Assembly: GCA_029953675.1 (NCBI GenBank)
Contig: JAMWBK010000011.1
Coordinates: forward strand, 124,001-188,000
DNA length: 64,000 bases
From: Rhodosorus marinus CCMP1338
Taxonomy: Eukaryota > Plantae > Rhodophyta
Direction of reading: 5' to 3'
Below, in pieces: positions 33,918 through 44,247 of this stretch. The notes under the pieces were generated by a model. That model did not search any database and was not told the DNA's origin. It worked only from the letters and a program-made list of their open reading frames with translations. The position numbers were made by a program, and so were the translations under genes. Position 1 is the first letter of the stretch. Each line of letters opens with the position of its first letter.

Positions 33918-36900
33918 ATGATTAAATTGTATGATGTGGAGCTGGTGGAGCCGCTGGGGGTTGGTGGGACTGAGCCGGATCGGCTTGGGTTTCAGAGCGT
34001 GGCGTGGTGTGAGGGGTTGGATTTGATTGCTGTGGTGAGTGGTGATGGGAACGTGTCTGTTTTTCATGCGGACGCGCCCGGGGAGAATGCGGTGCTTACG
34101 ACGCCGAAGAATGCGTCCGCGAGGCATGTACAGTGGCAGCCGGCGGGTTCGCGTCCTCCCGCGCTCCTCGTGGCGGATTCTGCTGGTAGAATCACGTTCT
34201 GGGCGTCGAGGGACTACCGCGTGAATGCGTGGAAAATCGTGGGAAAGCTGGAGCTCCGGCCGTCGGTCATGGCGATTGGATGGACTCGAGACGCATCCAT
34301 GTTGTGCGCTGTGCTCTCCCATGGCGAGCTCTGCGTATGGAGAATATCGCCTAAGGCTTCGGGCGAGCTGGACATCTCCGAGCTCGACGCTACTGGCGGA
34401 AAATTCGGGAAGTACTTCGATGGACCAGTTGCATGCGCGTCGATTGCTCCCGGTGGAGTTTCCGTTGACAAGGTCGCGGTTCTAACTGTTATGGAATCCA
34501 CTCCTTCTACAGTCAATGTATGGCATATTTCCCCAGAAGGAACGACAAAGTAAGTAGTGTCCGGAAGCCGCGCAGTCCATACAAGGGCTTCTATCACGCC
34601 AGCAGCGTGTCAGGGTCACTTCCAAACGACTTGCTATGGACCCCTCCATCCGAATGGAACCTATGATGACCTCGTTTCCCCTTGTAGCCGAGAGCACTCA
34701 GAGACCTGATCCAAAAAAAAGGCACGACCGATGAATTGATTCGCAATCTCGTTTCTTTCTCACAGGTTTCAGCGGAAGGCTTTGGGTTCAGCCGAGCTTG
34801 AGAATGACGTATGTATAGCAGCCGCTGCGGCACCAACTGCGGGAGCACTTTTTGCGGTCGGGGAGAATGGTTCCATTGAGCGATGGATGCTTGGGAAATC
34901 CAACCAAAGTGACGGTCAAGGACGCGCACAGACCAGCGAGAGTCAGTGGATCAAGGCTGGTATTCACCTCCCCTTTGGATCGATTTCAGGGCGTCCGAAG
35001 GTGACCTCCGTCAACATATCGGCAGACGGGGTCAAGGTCGTGACTACGGACACTCAGAACGGAGTGAGCCTGTATGATGGGAGGCGGCTCGGTGATGGTT
35101 GCCGCTTGACTGTTCCACTGGACAGGGCTCCGCATTGGGGCTCGTGCTTCTCGCCCTCTGGATTTTGCGTGGCAGCCCTCAGTGGCGATGGCGTCTTGCA
35201 GGTAATGCGTTACCAAAAAATCTATCTGCTTCGTCCGCCGGGCTTTTCTGTTTACTTTTATGCTTTGCCGCCCTCTTCTGGTTGGTTTCCAAAGATCTGG
35301 GCGATGACGGCACCCGCAACGTCACCGGGTGAGCTCGCGCTACAGCTGATTACAAGGACGAAGAATCACGGTAAAAGAGGCTGCTGGGATATCCTGGCGC
35401 TGCTTCTCAAGCTGGGGAAGGAAACAGTCGCCAATGTGGCTAAAGAACTCGGGCGACACCCTGGCGAAAACGTTGATGTGCTTCGTCTCAAGATCCTCTC
35501 GGCAGTGGATGAGAATGCTTCTGTTCTCTCCGCCGGAAGGAAGCTGTTGGAGGCAGCCACTAACGCGATTCAAAAATCGGCCTGCCAGGCCGTGAAATCC
35601 AAGGTTGCTATGGTCCAAGGAGTACGAGGCTGCGCTTCAAAAGCCAGATAGAGAAATTTTTAGTCGAACGCAATGACTCAGGTGCGGTTGTTTCTCGTCT
35701 TCGACAGGGAAAGAACGCATTCACGCGACCCGAAATGGTCCGCCAGTGCGTCTTGGAAGTCCTCAGCAGCTACACGAACGTACCACCCAGACAGTCTGAG
35801 CTTTCTGCAGCGCCAATGGCGGATTGGATCATCCTTCTGTGCATCGTATGGCTAAGGCAGGCTGCACGAGCTGTAGAACGTAGACAAATGTAAGTGTAGG
35901 CACATTCAACGCGTCCTTAGCCAAACGCTCCCACGATGACGGCGAACCTGAACCCTTAGTCCATACGCTCGACATGGTCAGGCACATACTATCTCCTGAG
36001 TGGAGCACCATTGTCGAGGCCGACGGTTTGGCGAACGATGAAAAGATGACCGTCGTGAAGGATGTCCACTTGACGAAGTCTCTCAGGACCGCGGCCATTG
36101 CCGCCGCGATATTGACCTCTCTGGATGACGAGTACGGAGATCCGGACCTGTCTCCACGCTATCACCGACTCAAGAAGGATAGCCTGTTCGATGTTGTCTC
36201 AGCTGTTTGGGATGTTTCTATTCCTGTTATGGATGGAATTGACTCCGATGTCCCAGGAATTAACAGTGCACTCGCCCGCCATCGAGTAGCCGCCGAAGGT
36301 TTGAACAACGAGAAGCTGCTCATAGACACTGCAGAGAAGGCCCTGGGTATTAGGGGAAGTGCAAACAGTGCTGGATACACACTCTCGTACGCAAGGAAGC
36401 AGAGTAGTGTAGAATCCGACCAGCTGAGCAAGGTTTGTACTCATACCCGTGCTTGTGCTCCCCATGAAAGATGAGGAAAGTATCTAAAAAAATTCTAATC
36501 GCGCTCATCTGGACGCGCAGGAATGGTGCCCGTACGACATCATCACCGGTAGACCGCTTCCGCCCTGGGTGCCGCTTCGTCGCTGTGTAGTTTCCGGTTT
36601 GCTCGCGGCGGAGATGACTGCACCGCAAGGAGATGGCGATGTGGGCGACGGAGCAACACTAGTTCCATGGGTTCAACGATGGGCCCATGAGTCTCCTTTC
36701 GGAGGATTGTGGTTCAGGCTACCATCATTAGACCTGGATCGGTTTGACCTCATGCAGGCTGTCACCTACAACGAGGAACGTCCGTAGGTTAACTGCTGGA
36801 ATTTCTCTTATTGAAAAGTCACCAAGGCTGAGCTTTGGACGAATGGACGTTTTCTCTAGGAATGCACGAACGGATTCGACGAGGCCAGCCCAGAGACCAG

Positions 36901-37471
36901 ATCAATCTTACTCTTCTTCCAATGCTGGTTCGGAACGGACAACGGCGAAGAAAAGTCGAGGTAGAGGGAGGAAGGGAGATACTGCATCAAAAGCGGCAAT
37001 CCCGAGAGAGCCTATTGTAAGCGCACACGTCCTTCCCCGTAACAAACCACCACGCAAAAGGACTCAAACTGTTTCTGCATCCGTCCCGACTGCGCAGAAA
37101 CCGCCACCCCAGGAGTCGGATCTCGGCAGCGAGGTTCGAAGCGAAGTCAGTGGGGGCAGCAGAAGCCAGAGAGGCCGCGGGAAGCCGAGAAAGAGAAAGA
37201 CACCGGCTAAAGCGGAGGCCAGTACGCCCGCCAACGCAAGCGAAGATACAAGTGTGCGTGTTGACGCTCCGAAGCAATATGGAAATCTCTACGGATTACC
37301 TGGAGACACTACGGTACGATGGAACTCAACATTAGCGTTGCGGGTCAAGGACCATGCAGTTCGCTGAGGAATGCTCACTAAACGCTTTCCCTTGATTCCT
37401 TGTTTTGATGGGATATCCAGATGCAACAACAACAGCAACAACAGCAGCAGCAACAACAGCAGCAACAGCAG

Positions 37472-37524
<53 letters not shown>

Positions 37525-38477
37525 ACAGCAACAACAACAGCAGCAACAACAGCAGCAACAGCAGCAACGGGAGCAACATCAGCAACAGCAACAGCGGACT
37601 CAAGTAGACCGCGCGGCATACACGGCTCAGCAGCGAGCCGCGATGCTGCAGCAGACGCAGCTCCAGCGGCAAGCTGTAGCAAATGCGGCGCAGATGGCCG
37701 CTGGTGTTTCTGCGGAGGATTTGGCTAAATTGAACCAGATGGGAAATACCATGCGGCCACCAGTTGCGGCGTATCAGCCAAGGCAGCTACCGCAGCGGCA
37801 GCAGGCGCAGATGCTACAGGGCCAGATTCCATTGCAGCAACAGCCTCAGCAGCCACAACATGCTCAGCAGCCACAACAGCCTCAGCAACAACCAACACAG
37901 CCCCACCAACAACCACAGCAACAACCTACTCCTGAACTGAGCCGCAACAACAGTCAGCGAATCTGGAGTGGACTGCTGACCGTTCGAAGCTCGGAGAAAG
38001 TGCTGAACGTTCAATGCATCGCGAAACGGCAAAGCATCGACTCGGCTGCGCCGGTGCGAGACTCAGTTGGATGGCCACGCGTGTTGACTTGTGGTGCAGA
38101 AAGACTCAACCAGTTCGAAGATTTGAAACCCCGTGCGACTAGCGAGTTGTCCCAATGGTGAGTTGAAACCAAATTGCGCTATCTCACGCGTGAAAAGTTA
38201 TCGAACTCTGACGCGAGCGATGTCCTATCCGCTCCTGGCCCACCACAGGTACGTCGTCTTCGTACCGATTGACGAGCAGACCCAGCAGGAGATAACCCAC
38301 CCTCTGCTCACGGACTTGGTCAAGCTGATGTTTGAGAGGAAGCTCGCGTTCGAGATCAACTGCGACGACCACCCCACGAAGAAAGGATCTTTGATCTTGT
38401 TCGGCAGCAATCTGGAGGGCGGACACAAGCTCATTGGTGTTTACGTCCAGAGGCCAAGCGGGGGGGGACCCCAATAG
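33918..38477 (+). CDS. MED16: Mediator subunit MED16 with C-terminal extension (basic linker, polyQ, MED25-like ACID domain), multi-exon
   Basis: N-terminal WD40 (VAWC..IAV, LLVADSAGRITFW), CWDILA, ADWIILL and MED16 C-terminal YDIITG..RRC..WVQRWAHESPFGGLWFR. In-frame introns 36784-36859, 37314-37420 and 38158-38248 join it to polyQ and IWSGLL..GWPRVL..ERKLAFEI..KLIGVY. Confidence 0.82.
37424..37567 (+). repeat. CAA/CAG trinucleotide tract encoding 48 consecutive Gln
   Basis: 144 nt of mixed CAA/CAG codons after ATG 37421. Confidence 0.97.
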
Positions 38478-38593
38478 TGAATGCCAGACCTCTGTCGGAG
38501 AAACCGCAAGAGGCTGGAACTTGTACAGCGCTCTTGGGAAGGTCGTCACTACTAACCTAATGGGCTTCTGGTTTTCTAGTGGGGAGGACCTTT

Positions 38594-38945
38594 TTACCAC
38601 GTGTATTTGGGTGTTGAATGAACCGCTCGGAAGCCTGTTACTGACGCCGGCACCGAATGAATTTATGGGAAATCCACTCCGCAATTCCCCGGTGCTTACC
38701 CGTGCGAACAAGGATCGGGCTTGTGTCTAGGGCGTTCAGTTTTACCTGCTCGCTTGATATCTATTGAGTTACCACGTGTATTTGGGTGTTGAATGAACCG
38801 CTCGGAAGCCTGCTACTGACGCCGGCACCGAATGAATTTATGGGAAATCCACTCCGCAATTCCCCGGTGCTTACCCGTGCGAACAAGGATCGGGCTTGTG
38901 TCTAGGGCGTTCAGTTTTGCCTGCTCGCTTGATATCTATTGAGTT
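38594..38945 (+). repeat. Tandem duplication, 175-bp unit x2
   Basis: TTACCACGTG..CTATTGAG at 38594 and 38769; two substitutions seen. Confidence 0.95.
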
Positions 38946-39009
38946 TAACTTTCTACTGCCCAGCTATCCAAACTCGAATCTTATGCCCTGTCGACGAGCT
39001 GTCCGCTGC

Positions 39010-39416
39010 CTACTTCTTCGGAAGGTTTGGAGGCGGTCCGTTGAGGAATCGTTTGCTTCTTGAAATCTCTCGTCTCTGGAGAAGAGGGAAAGATGCAATG
39101 GCGAAGTGGTCAGAAAGATAGTATTTTAAGAATAAACTGAAACACCTCGGAAGTAAAAGAGAACTCACCGTCTTCGCACCAGCAGCAGGTGGCAGCCTGG
39201 CTTCATCCCCAACGACGTCTCCAAGAGACCTCTGAAGCATCGCTGCTCCAACGAAAATAGCTCCAGCGAGACCGACAAACACACCGTCAACTGTTCCATA
39301 ACAGAGCAAAATGACCAGATAAACATTCAACACAAGCCAGCAAACCTTTCAGAAAAATGAAAACGCCGAAACTCACCAAGCTCAAACTGGCTCGCGTTCT
39401 TTGGTAAATCCGACAT
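39010..39416 (-). CDS. Small single-pass membrane protein (3 exons, about 75 aa; N-terminus may extend upstream)
   Basis: Two GTGAGT..CAG introns give MSDLPKNASQFELVDGVFVGLAGAIFVGAAMLQRSLGDVVGDEARLPPAAGAKTRREISRSKRFLNGPPPNLPKK*. Confidence 0.7.
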
Positions 39417-39599
39417 ATTGCCAAAGATTTTAATAGAGCTCTCCTACTTCATATCCAGCATAGATTTCTCCACACTTCGACCTCACCATTCACATCAAAC
39501 ACCCCACCACCCCTCTGGAATTAGTCAACAGTTACACATCACTGTCTAGAGAACCTTTTGATCAAATCTCCTCGCCATCCAAAACCAGCTCCATGGCAT

Positions 39600-39885
39600 A
39601 TTCCCTTGCTAATTCGGAGGTTTCTAATCAACAATTGGTTAATAGTACAACCTCTATTTCACTATTTATCTAATCATATTCCTTATACGATGTATATAAA
39701 TTCTACAGAGTATTTATTGGCTGAAAATTTGCTATAGACGAGCGATGCATTCCTTGGCTAATTCATAGTTCGTAATCATTGATTGGTTAATAGTTTCCTT
39801 CTATTTCACCATTTATCAAATAAGATTTACTATGCAATGCATATAAAATTTGAAGAGTATTTATTGGTTGTAGTTTTCTATATTT
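39600..39885 (+). repeat. Degenerate AT-rich tandem duplication, about 149-bp period
   Basis: ATTCC.T.GCTAATTC..ATTGGTTAATAGT..TCTATTTCAC.ATTTATC..AGAGTATTTATTGG occurs at about 39600 and 39749. Confidence 0.75.
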
Positions 39886-40669
39886 GAAACTTAAGAGCAA
39901 AACTGATAAGCGATGCGTATTTCCTGGTCCACCAGTACTGGTTTTCAGCAAGGAAGATAATCCGCATTTCAGTGCCGGATATTGCAAAGTCCGGTAACAT
40001 ACACTGGACTCCATCTTTACAGAGATTTGAGCTTCGCAATGTGCTGATTACTCTGAGAAGCATATGTGAGCTCCAGCATAGTCACCAATCACCTTCCAGG
40101 GCCAGTCCCTGAATACCAGGGTTCGCAAGGCCGCATCGATCCCGACCCAATTCCGAGGACCACGTCGAGAGACTGAGATAGGAACTTCACAAATCTTCAG
40201 TCTGCGAGCATGCGCTCGGCTGTATCAGGAACATGCAGATTAGCCCATTCTACTCTTTCGTAACCCCAGTCTCCGATTACACAAATTCATTCGTTCATAC
40301 TTGTACTCTTCAGCTTCTCGTTAGTTTGATGCGTGTTGTCTCGACTGGGTTCTGCTTCTCCTGTAGCGCTGGAAGACTCGCCTAACGCCGCTTATATACT
40401 CTGCTTGTTACACTGGGATCAATACAAGAAGTTCCTTTCTAACATACGTTTTGCGTAGATCAGCGCCTTGGATGTAGCGTCAAGGAGCTGATACTGCGAT
40501 GTGTCACAGATGTCCTGCGATGACTCTCATACTCGCGAACCTCGGGTGATCTTGACACATCGCTGGGTTCTTTGTTCACTCTCCATGGGCTCCACTACCG
40601 AAGTTTTTAGTAGAGTGTTCATGGTTACGAATGAAGATCAGCATCCACCCTCATGATACGACTGCCCAC

Positions 40670-41550
40670 AAGAGTTCCCTCGTGATCCTCCAGATGATGG
40701 ACCGGGCTCTGGGAGTCGCGTCTCCGAACACACGGATGCGTTGCAAAGCACCCTTTCTTGGGACTTGCACCGTGCTGCCTACGGCCGACTTCTCGTGCAG
40801 ATGGCCTCATCTTCCCGAGATCGCGCCCGCTTGCGTAGTCTTGGAGGGTGTATCAGCTCACATCGACTCATAAGCGTGCCCGCTTTTCCGCCACTCACAC
40901 TGACAGAATTCGAAGTGCGCACTTCTCTGCGTTTATACCTCGGTTTGCATCAGCCGCCCTGGCCTTCCGAGATGGATTCGCCGTGCCCTCTATGCTCTCA
41001 GAACGAGGATACCGCGGATTTTGGCGCCCACCTGCTCGCCAGCTGCCCAGCTGCGAAAGGCGCCCGAACCCGACGACCCACGCGGATCTAGAACCTGTTA
41101 TACCGCGAACTTCGACCTATCTTACGACAGGCCGGTCTTGAAATTGAACGTGAAAAGCCCGTACGACGTACGTTGATCTTGTTGTTCCTAATCCTCAGAC
41201 TAGTCGCTATTTGCCGGCTGGGGGAGAGCACCGTGGATTTGCCGCAGCCAATATGAGACGTCGCAAAGAGTTGAAATACGCGGAGCCATGTCTGCCCCAG
41301 CCATTCGTGCTTCAGCTCTAGCTCATCGCCTGGTACCTCCGGTCATTGAGAGCTTTCGGTTTCTGGATTCGATTGGTTCCCGTTGGCTCCGGGAATTGTT
41401 CCGCAAACGCCCTGACGGTCTTGTTGTTTACTCGTTTAAGTTTCTTGCTGTGGCGTATGAACGCTGCTTTGGTGTTGGAGAGACGCGATCTTCGTCGCGC
41501 TTAGTCTTTTTCTTTCCCCTTCGGGGTTTTTTTCTTTCAGCCTCCGATTC
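40670..41550 (+). mobile_element. 5'-truncated, degenerate CRE-like non-LTR element, subfamily A
   Basis: Aligns with 46290-47240 (LSWDLHRAAYGRLL, CPLC..HLL.SC, RHT/RRP). Frameshifted, with a deletion in the endonuclease region. Same 3' end TTAGTCTTTT..CAGCCTCCGATT. Confidence 0.88.
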
Positions 41551-41733
41551 AATAAATTCATTCAGTTAGTTCAAGCCTTTTGGAAGAGGAAATTAAAGGC
41601 TTCTATGGTTGCGTACTCGTCACCACCTAAATCCGTTCCTAAGTACTTTAAGAGTATGGCTATAAATAGAAGAGAAAAGACTGGATTGTTTTCATTGGCT
41701 AAATACTATTGCCCCATGAATAGTGAAAAGGAA

Positions 41734-42162
41734 CTAAGAACTAGGGAGGGAAGCGTGCAAACCCAGGCGCCGATGGCGCGCCTCGGCAAGCATGCTGCTA
41801 GAATATCGCCACAGGGCGGCACTCAAACGCCGTAAAAGCGCCAAGTACTCAGTAGGATGCTCAGCGAAGCATTTCCGCAACCACTCTAAACCCGACTTAT
41901 CCATATGACCAAAGCTTTCCACAATGAAAGGCTGGAACCGGTGGGAGCGACCCTCGGCGTAGGGTAGACTGGCCATGTTCTCAGCATACCGTCGTTCCTT
42001 CACTCGTCGAAGAGCCGAATCGGCCAACCCTCGGCGGCAGGCGGCAGCCGTGAGGTGGGCGCTCGCCACAGGGCATGCAATCGCGAGGTCAACATATGCT
42101 GAGCGTCGGGCGGCAGGGTCTGATACAAGAAGATCTGCGATACATGAATAGTAGTTGTTCAT
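41734..42162 (-). mobile_element. 3' fragment of a distinct CRE-like subfamily (C), RLE domain
   Basis: IADLLVSD..AYVDLAIACP..KERRY..FQPFIVESFG..LSAALWR, the PD..D..K restriction-like endonuclease layout. Confidence 0.82.
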
Positions 42163-42774
42163 TATTGAGGTAATCGCCTAACTGTCCGCGAACAGAGTCG
42201 TGTTCAACCTGAGTAGGGAGGGTTGGATAATTTTGTATTTTTCCCGTACGTACCTCAGGGTACTACGAATGAAACGCCATTTTCTACTCGAACAAGCTCA
42301 CGCAGAAGCAGAGGGCGATGCTGGGCCACGTAGCTACGCTGTGGAATACAGAGCTCGGCATAACATTCTGGAACCTACCACACTTTACCCTACTGTTTCC
42401 GCAAGATCATGTATGGGCGCGACTAACGTATGCCACTTGAACGAAGCGCCTCATCGAAGGTGATCCAGGCACGTCAGCCGGACGGACGCGCTGAAGGGTG
42501 CTGGATAAACGATACACGTTTTCGATAGTTTTTGGTTTCGTGAGGGTGTATGGTGCTGGCTTTTGGTGGTTTTGAGTCGCAATTGTGTTCTTCGGTGGGA
42601 GGCGCTTCTTTCTGCAGGACTTTCCCCCGCATCTTCTAGTGGTGTGGTGCGTACTGGGGGTTGCTAGCGCCCCTTGGAGGTCGTGGTGGTTTTTCTTTGG
42701 TTGCAAACGTTGGGAATAAGTCCTCTTTTTGGGAGTTTCGTTGGGGAATCGGTTTTTCACACCTTCCAATCGTT

Positions 42775-44247
42775 ATGGTTGGGGTTTCCCCACCCATTCC
42801 GGCGGACGGAGCCGTTCTCTCAGCGCGCGTGGAGCTCAGCGTGGGCGGGTTTAGTACCGCGGCCACCCTCACGGACTGCGCTGACGAGTTAGCCCATGGG
42901 ATCTGCTCGAAACTGACGAGTCTTCTTGTGACTGCTTCCCAGGAACACCGCCTGCCCCTGCTGATCGCCTATTTGGAGCGCTTCTCCGCCTCCGCGCCTG
43001 CCCCATACCCCCCGGTGCCCGTCCCCGCGGATCCGCACGGTACAGCGGGGCCTGCCTCCACCCGACCCGAGCGCTCCGCTCCGGTCATTCCTGATTCCGA
43101 CTGGCCTACCCCTATTCAAGGACAGACGCCTCCTGGGCCCGCGTCGGGCCCGAATCCTGCTCCCTCCAGTGTCCCACGTGCGACCTATTCGCAGGTCCTA
43201 CGCAGGGGCTCTTCTGAACAACGCACGACGGCAATGGTGCGTATGATGCCACAACACATCCCTATTGACTCTTCTCGCCAACTATCTCCGTTCCACTTTG
43301 TTTGGATGACGAACGTGCGTCCCCAGACCCCCTCTCGTGGTCGGGGCCGCGCGCCCGTCCACTACCGCGATTTTCGCGACACCATGGCTTCATCCCTTGG
43401 GGTCGCCCCGTCTGAATTCCTATATGTGGACTTCACGGGCCCTCATGCCTGTTTTCTTGTTACTGACTCGGCTCACCAGTTCCTTCAATCGCTTGTAACC
43501 ACCCCCGCGCCCCAGCGCTCTGCTCTGGCCAACATGATACTGACTCGTCCTCATGTCTCTTTGTTTGTCGAGTTCGATCGTTTTGACGCCGGCTGGGTTC
43601 CTCCGTCGGCCTTGCAAAACCTGGATGCCTCGCAGGCTTCGGTTGTCGCGCTACACACTCATGCGGCGCGGCTCTCGCGCATACAGGCGAGCCTCTTCGC
43701 GCGTTTTCCTCCTCGCGGGGTCCTCCGCACCGCGCTAGAGGCCTTCCTCTCCACTGAGGCCACCCTGCTGGAAGCCCACCCTGCGTTTGACCTTCTGCCG
43801 CCGACTCTTGAGCGCCCTTCCTCCCCTCGCCCTGTCTCCGAGGCTCGTGACACCGACATGGCAGAAGCACCATCGGCCTCTCCGAATCCGCTGGCTCTGG
43901 ACACCCTCAGTCAAGACTCCGCTGCTGAAAACCCTGTGTCTACTTTCTTCAGGTCTTTCAGTTCCTTCGTGCGCCCTCCACGTAAGCGTCGTGCGGCTCC
44001 TGATCCTCCCTCCGAGGCACCTCCTCCGGATATTCGATCTGCCTTCCTGACTGAGGGGAGGCCCGATGTTCCTCCTCCGCGTGCGTGTCGTCCCGGTTAC
44101 CCCTGTTTACCAGTGACCGCTCAGCCTGGCATGAGCGTGTTCTCTCGTGGTTTTCGCACCTTGTCGCCTCCTACCCGGACGGTTCCCTTCCCCTTTGTCG
44201 TCAGAGCACGGCCGTACGGCTCCCTCGTCGACTTCATAAGCCCCTAG
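42775..44247 (+). CDS. ORF1 of the CRE-like element (Pro-rich, unknown function)
   Basis: Uninterrupted 490 codons from the first in-frame ATG. Related remnants (LQPSAFL..DHFDGHV..HAARLSQ) occur in a sister subfamily at 50.2, 54.3 and 63.1 kb. Confidence 0.7.
   Translation: MVGVSPPIPADGAVLSARVELSVGGFSTAATLTDCADELAHGICSKLTSLLVTASQEHRLPLLIAYLERFSASAPAPYPPVPVPADPHGTAGPASTRPERSAPVIPDSDWPTPIQGQTPPGPASGPNPAPSSVPRATYSQVLRRGSSEQRTTAMVRMMPQHIPIDSSRQLSPFHFVWMTNVRPQTPSRGRGRAPVHYRDFRDTMASSLGVAPSEFLYVDFTGPHACFLVTDSAHQFLQSLVTTPAPQRSALANMILTRPHVSLFVEFDRFDAGWVPPSALQNLDASQASVVALHTHAARLSRIQASLFARFPPRGVLRTALEAFLSTEATLLEAHPAFDLLPPTLERPSSPRPVSEARDTDMAEAPSASPNPLALDTLSQDSAAENPVSTFFRSFSSFVRPPRKRRAAPDPPSEAPPPDIRSAFLTEGRPDVPPPRACRPGYPCLPVTAQPGMSVFSRGFRTLSPPTRTVPFPFVVRARPYGSLVDFISP

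Noticed and set aside
37289-37682. Poly-Leu, poly-Ala/Val, poly-Thr/Ala and poly-Asn/Ser ORFs
   Set aside because: Alternative frames of the CAA/CAG tract; only the Gln frame splices into a coherent protein.
44055-44247. Canonical -1 slippery heptamer in the ORF1/ORF2 overlap
   Set aside because: No properly phased X XXY YYZ site found; CCCTTTG is out of phase.
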